Position numbers and translations under genes: made by a program. The notes under the pieces are model-generated. The model was not told the DNA's origin, ran no database searches, and saw only the letters and a program-made list of their open reading frames with translations. A stretch of 64,000 nucleotides of DNA, taken from NCBI GenBank assembly GCA_964247055.1, contig OZ176050.1, positions 4,092,001 through 4,156,000 of the forward strand, in the 5' to 3' direction. Source of the stretch: Paragordius varius (taxonomy: Eukaryota > Animalia > Nematomorpha). Shown here piece after piece: positions 53,347 through 64,000 of the stretch. The stretch's first letter is position 1; each line of letters starts with the position of its first letter.

Positions 53347-55312
53347 TAGAAAAATGTATAAGAAATCCCTTGGTGCTTTCGGTTCTGGGGCTTACGAGTG
53401 ATTTAAGAATATTTACACTTTTGTCGAAGTAGTCCATATCAAAAAATGCCAAAATTTGCGCACATTTTTTGTATTAAATTTTTTGGTGAAGGCTAAATGC
53501 TTCATTCCAAAAAGTATCACTAAAATATAACAAAAGTTACTTTAGTAAAGGTTTTATATAATAAATCACCAAAATTTGAAAGTAAATAAATATTTAAATT
53601 ACTACTTCGATTCAAATTGGGGTATCTAAATACCCCAGACTAAATTTGAGTTACTTAAAAAGTAATGAAGGAAACGGTCCCAATTTAAATTTATGCTTCT
53701 ATCCTAATAAAAATTATATAAATATGCTAAAATATCTAAATAAAATTTTGTTTTGAAAAAAATTCCATGTCAAACTACTTCGACGCCATTTTTATTTTAA
53801 AATTTTTTTTGCAAAATATCGTCTTCATGTAATTTTAAAGGTAAAATTAAAGCTAATTTTTTATTTAAATTACATATAACGTTGATAGAAATAAAAGAGC
53901 GGTTGATTTTGTATTATTTTTTTAATTTTACTATTTCACACATGTCACGTTGACAAAATTTTTACCTTTCAGATTTAGCTTAAAATAAGTAATATCAAGT
54001 ATGGTATAGAATTTTATATATATTTCGGTTTAGCAATGCTATATAAGTGCAAAATTTTGCCAAGGTTTCGATTCCTTCCATACTTTTTAAAATATTTGAT
54101 TTTAAACAGGCCTGGGGTATCCAACTACCCCAATTTAAATCGAAGGACTAAAATGAGTGTGTTGTATCCAAGTGTTAAAATTCGGAAGCGATATAAATGT
54201 TCAGCATTATTAAATTATATAAATAAAAGGTTTTTACAATATCTAAAAGCGTTTTTATCCGTTTTCATTATGCCTAAAAATGATAGGAAGTAGGGTTGTG
54301 CTGACCAATTCATGACCCGGTCAATTGACCGGGTCATGAACAGGTCGGTGACTATTTATTTTTTGACCATAGTTATTTCAAAAAACAGCTGTTTTGAAAA
54401 ACACCGGGAAATTTTTTTGGAAGAAAAATAGTAAAATTTTATTGTTTTTTAATATATTTTTTAAAATTATAAATTAAATATTTAAATATGATTAATTAAA
54501 AGATAAAATTGTTAAATGTGCATCGTTATAACATTAGCATTTAAGAGTTATTTCAAAAAACAAAACAATCAAACACTTTGCAAAATATGCAATTATTCCA
54601 TATGGTGAACCAATATTTTGAAAATCATTGTATAATTGGATATTCTAATGATGAAAGAAAGTTTAAAACAAACAAGGTTTTATTTGAAATATCCAGTATT
54701 AAAAGCTGTGCTTTGAAAATTCAGAAGGCCACAAATATCTAGCAAAACTTATTTGAATAAATTCCTTTATATTGATTATTGTAAATAATAAATATCAAAA
54801 AAATGTATAATATAAATTTTTTAGAAACATGGCAAGTGTAATTCAAACATTATTACGACAATCCAATATCGCATGATATTTACTTAAGTAAAAAGTGGTC
54901 ATGACCATGGTCTGACTGGGTCTGACCGGACTTTTTTGAAAAAGCAGTCAAATGCACAACCCTACTGGGAAGTATGCTTTGACAAAATTTGCTATAATTT
55001 GAATTTTTCTAAATAAGCATTTTTTAAAAAAAAATTATGTCAAAATTTAGTATATATTAAAAATTTCATAGCGAAATTCCGGAATGTGTTTAAAAAACTA
55101 ACCCGTTTAAAGAGTGAAATTCGGGACTTTCGGAGCTTTTTATAAGTACATATATTTCAAAGCATTTAGCTTTCATCATAAAATATTACAAAAAATCTGG
55201 GCTAATTTTGCCATTTTCTGATATGGAGCATTTAGCAAAGTGTAAATAACTTTCTTAAATTACCTAAAGGGATAAATTTAAAACACATTAATAATCCTGA
55301 TACATTTTTCTA
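53347..55312. mobile_element. Family-E element containing a piggyBac-like MITE (53603-54174) and a hAT-like MITE (54291-54964)
   Basis: Outer ends TAGAAAAATGTAT / ATACATTTTTCTA. The inner hAT-like element has TAGGGTTGTGC / GCACAACCCTA TIRs and a decayed 8-bp TSD (ATAGGAAG / CTGGGAAG). Confidence 0.65.
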
Positions 55313-56514
55313 TCATCTATTTCTTTCATTAAGATAGTTTTTCATGACTCCTGATTTTCTATACACTGTGTGATATATATTTATTTATCAGTTGCCTTAG
55401 AGATTAAAAAAATAAAAAATAGCTGTGAAAGATTTTAGACCCTAATTTAGAATTTTACATTTTTTAGAAAATATTTTTTTGTATTATGCGCCTAAAAGTC
55501 CAAAGAAAGCACTGTTTTAAATTCGGGTTAGTACCTTAAATATTTTTTTAAAATATATAAATTTTAAATCGCTCTGGATTACCCTAAAAGGTCATGGAAT
55601 TTTAAAAAATGAACACATTTTTTAAATTTTAATTTTTATATGTAGCGTACTTCATCATATTTTGAGGCATGATGGAAACTGTATAAGAACGCAAAATTTA
55701 TAAATAATTTTGTACATAATTTGATGATGCAGTTCTGTCGCTTTAATTTAAAGATTCTTTCAATTTCAGATTTGGGTGAATTTTTGTAAAAAAACACTAT
55801 TATATTTAACATGAACAAATATTTAAATTTAAATTTTGAGGTGATAAAAAATTTTAACATCATCAAATTAAAAGGTGGTTCTTATATCCTAAGGCGTTTT
55901 TTATTGTCCATCTTGCCTAAAAGTTATATGAAGTATGCAACAATATTTTGCTATAAATTTAATTACGAAGTGTTTTTTAATATATTTTTAGTTGATATAA
56001 AAATTTAGCATATATTTATATTTAGACAACTAGCTCATTTTACAAGGGCAAATATAACTTTTGGGGGATTTAAATATTGTTTTATATGTTACAATATATG
56101 TTTTTTTAAATTGGCATTTAGCCTTTCCAAAAAATTTATACAAAATGTAATTTTCTATATCATTTGTAGAAATCAATAGCACTATGAATCCTTGGTACAT
56201 TTTCTATCAATTTATAAAATATCAAACAGAAGGTTCGTACACCTTGTAACAAAATAAAAAATATTTTCTTGTATATTAAATCTTTTAGATAACTGTTGAG
56301 AAATAAAATTTCTAAAATAACCAAGAAAATTTATACTCTATCTGTATATTTTGTTTGGTCACTAACATATATATTTACGTGATATATTTAAAATTTATTA
56401 CAGCATTATTTTATTTTAAAGTTAAAATATGTTATCAGTCGTTTTACAAAAAATTTTACTATAATTAACTTTTTTCTATACGGCACCTAATTGAGTCGAG
56501 CTATCTTTGGCGCA

Positions 56515-64000
<7,486 letters not shown>

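Overview
Very AT-rich eukaryotic (animal-type) genomic DNA; the organism cannot be identified from sequence alone. Five spliced protein-coding genes were reconstructed by hand. (1) A Mad/Mxi (MXD) bHLH-ZIP repressor, minus strand, 2424-13171, about 607 aa, with a 7-kb second intron. (2) Spliceosomal cyclophilin CWC27, minus strand, 19303-27194. (3) A p24/TMED cargo receptor, plus strand, 27231-28469, whose ATG lies only 36 bp from the CWC27 ATG. (4) Mitochondrial HADH, plus strand, 36160-38556. (5) p70 S6 kinase, plus strand, 56515 to beyond the window end. Intergenic space is filled with nested non-autonomous DNA transposons: hAT-Buster with 8-bp TSDs, hAT-Blackjack-like, piggyBac-like TTAA MITEs, Helitron-like, a Tc1-like palindrome, and an unclassified TATACCATTT-ended group with 21-bp subterminal arrays. 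The most striking signal is six ultra-short introns of 22-29 nt (one GC-AG, one ending in GAG). They are confined to the 5' ends of CWC27, TMED and HADH, while the other 37 introns are 75 nt to 7 kb, and two in-intron TAGs at exactly 20 nt are skipped. Also notable: S6K has lost its TOS and RSPRR motifs and gained a tail of more than 400 aa, and canonical CACGTG E-boxes cluster around the Mad gene. No rRNA, tRNA or CRISPR array was seen. Most ORF-track entries are exon fragments or spurious.
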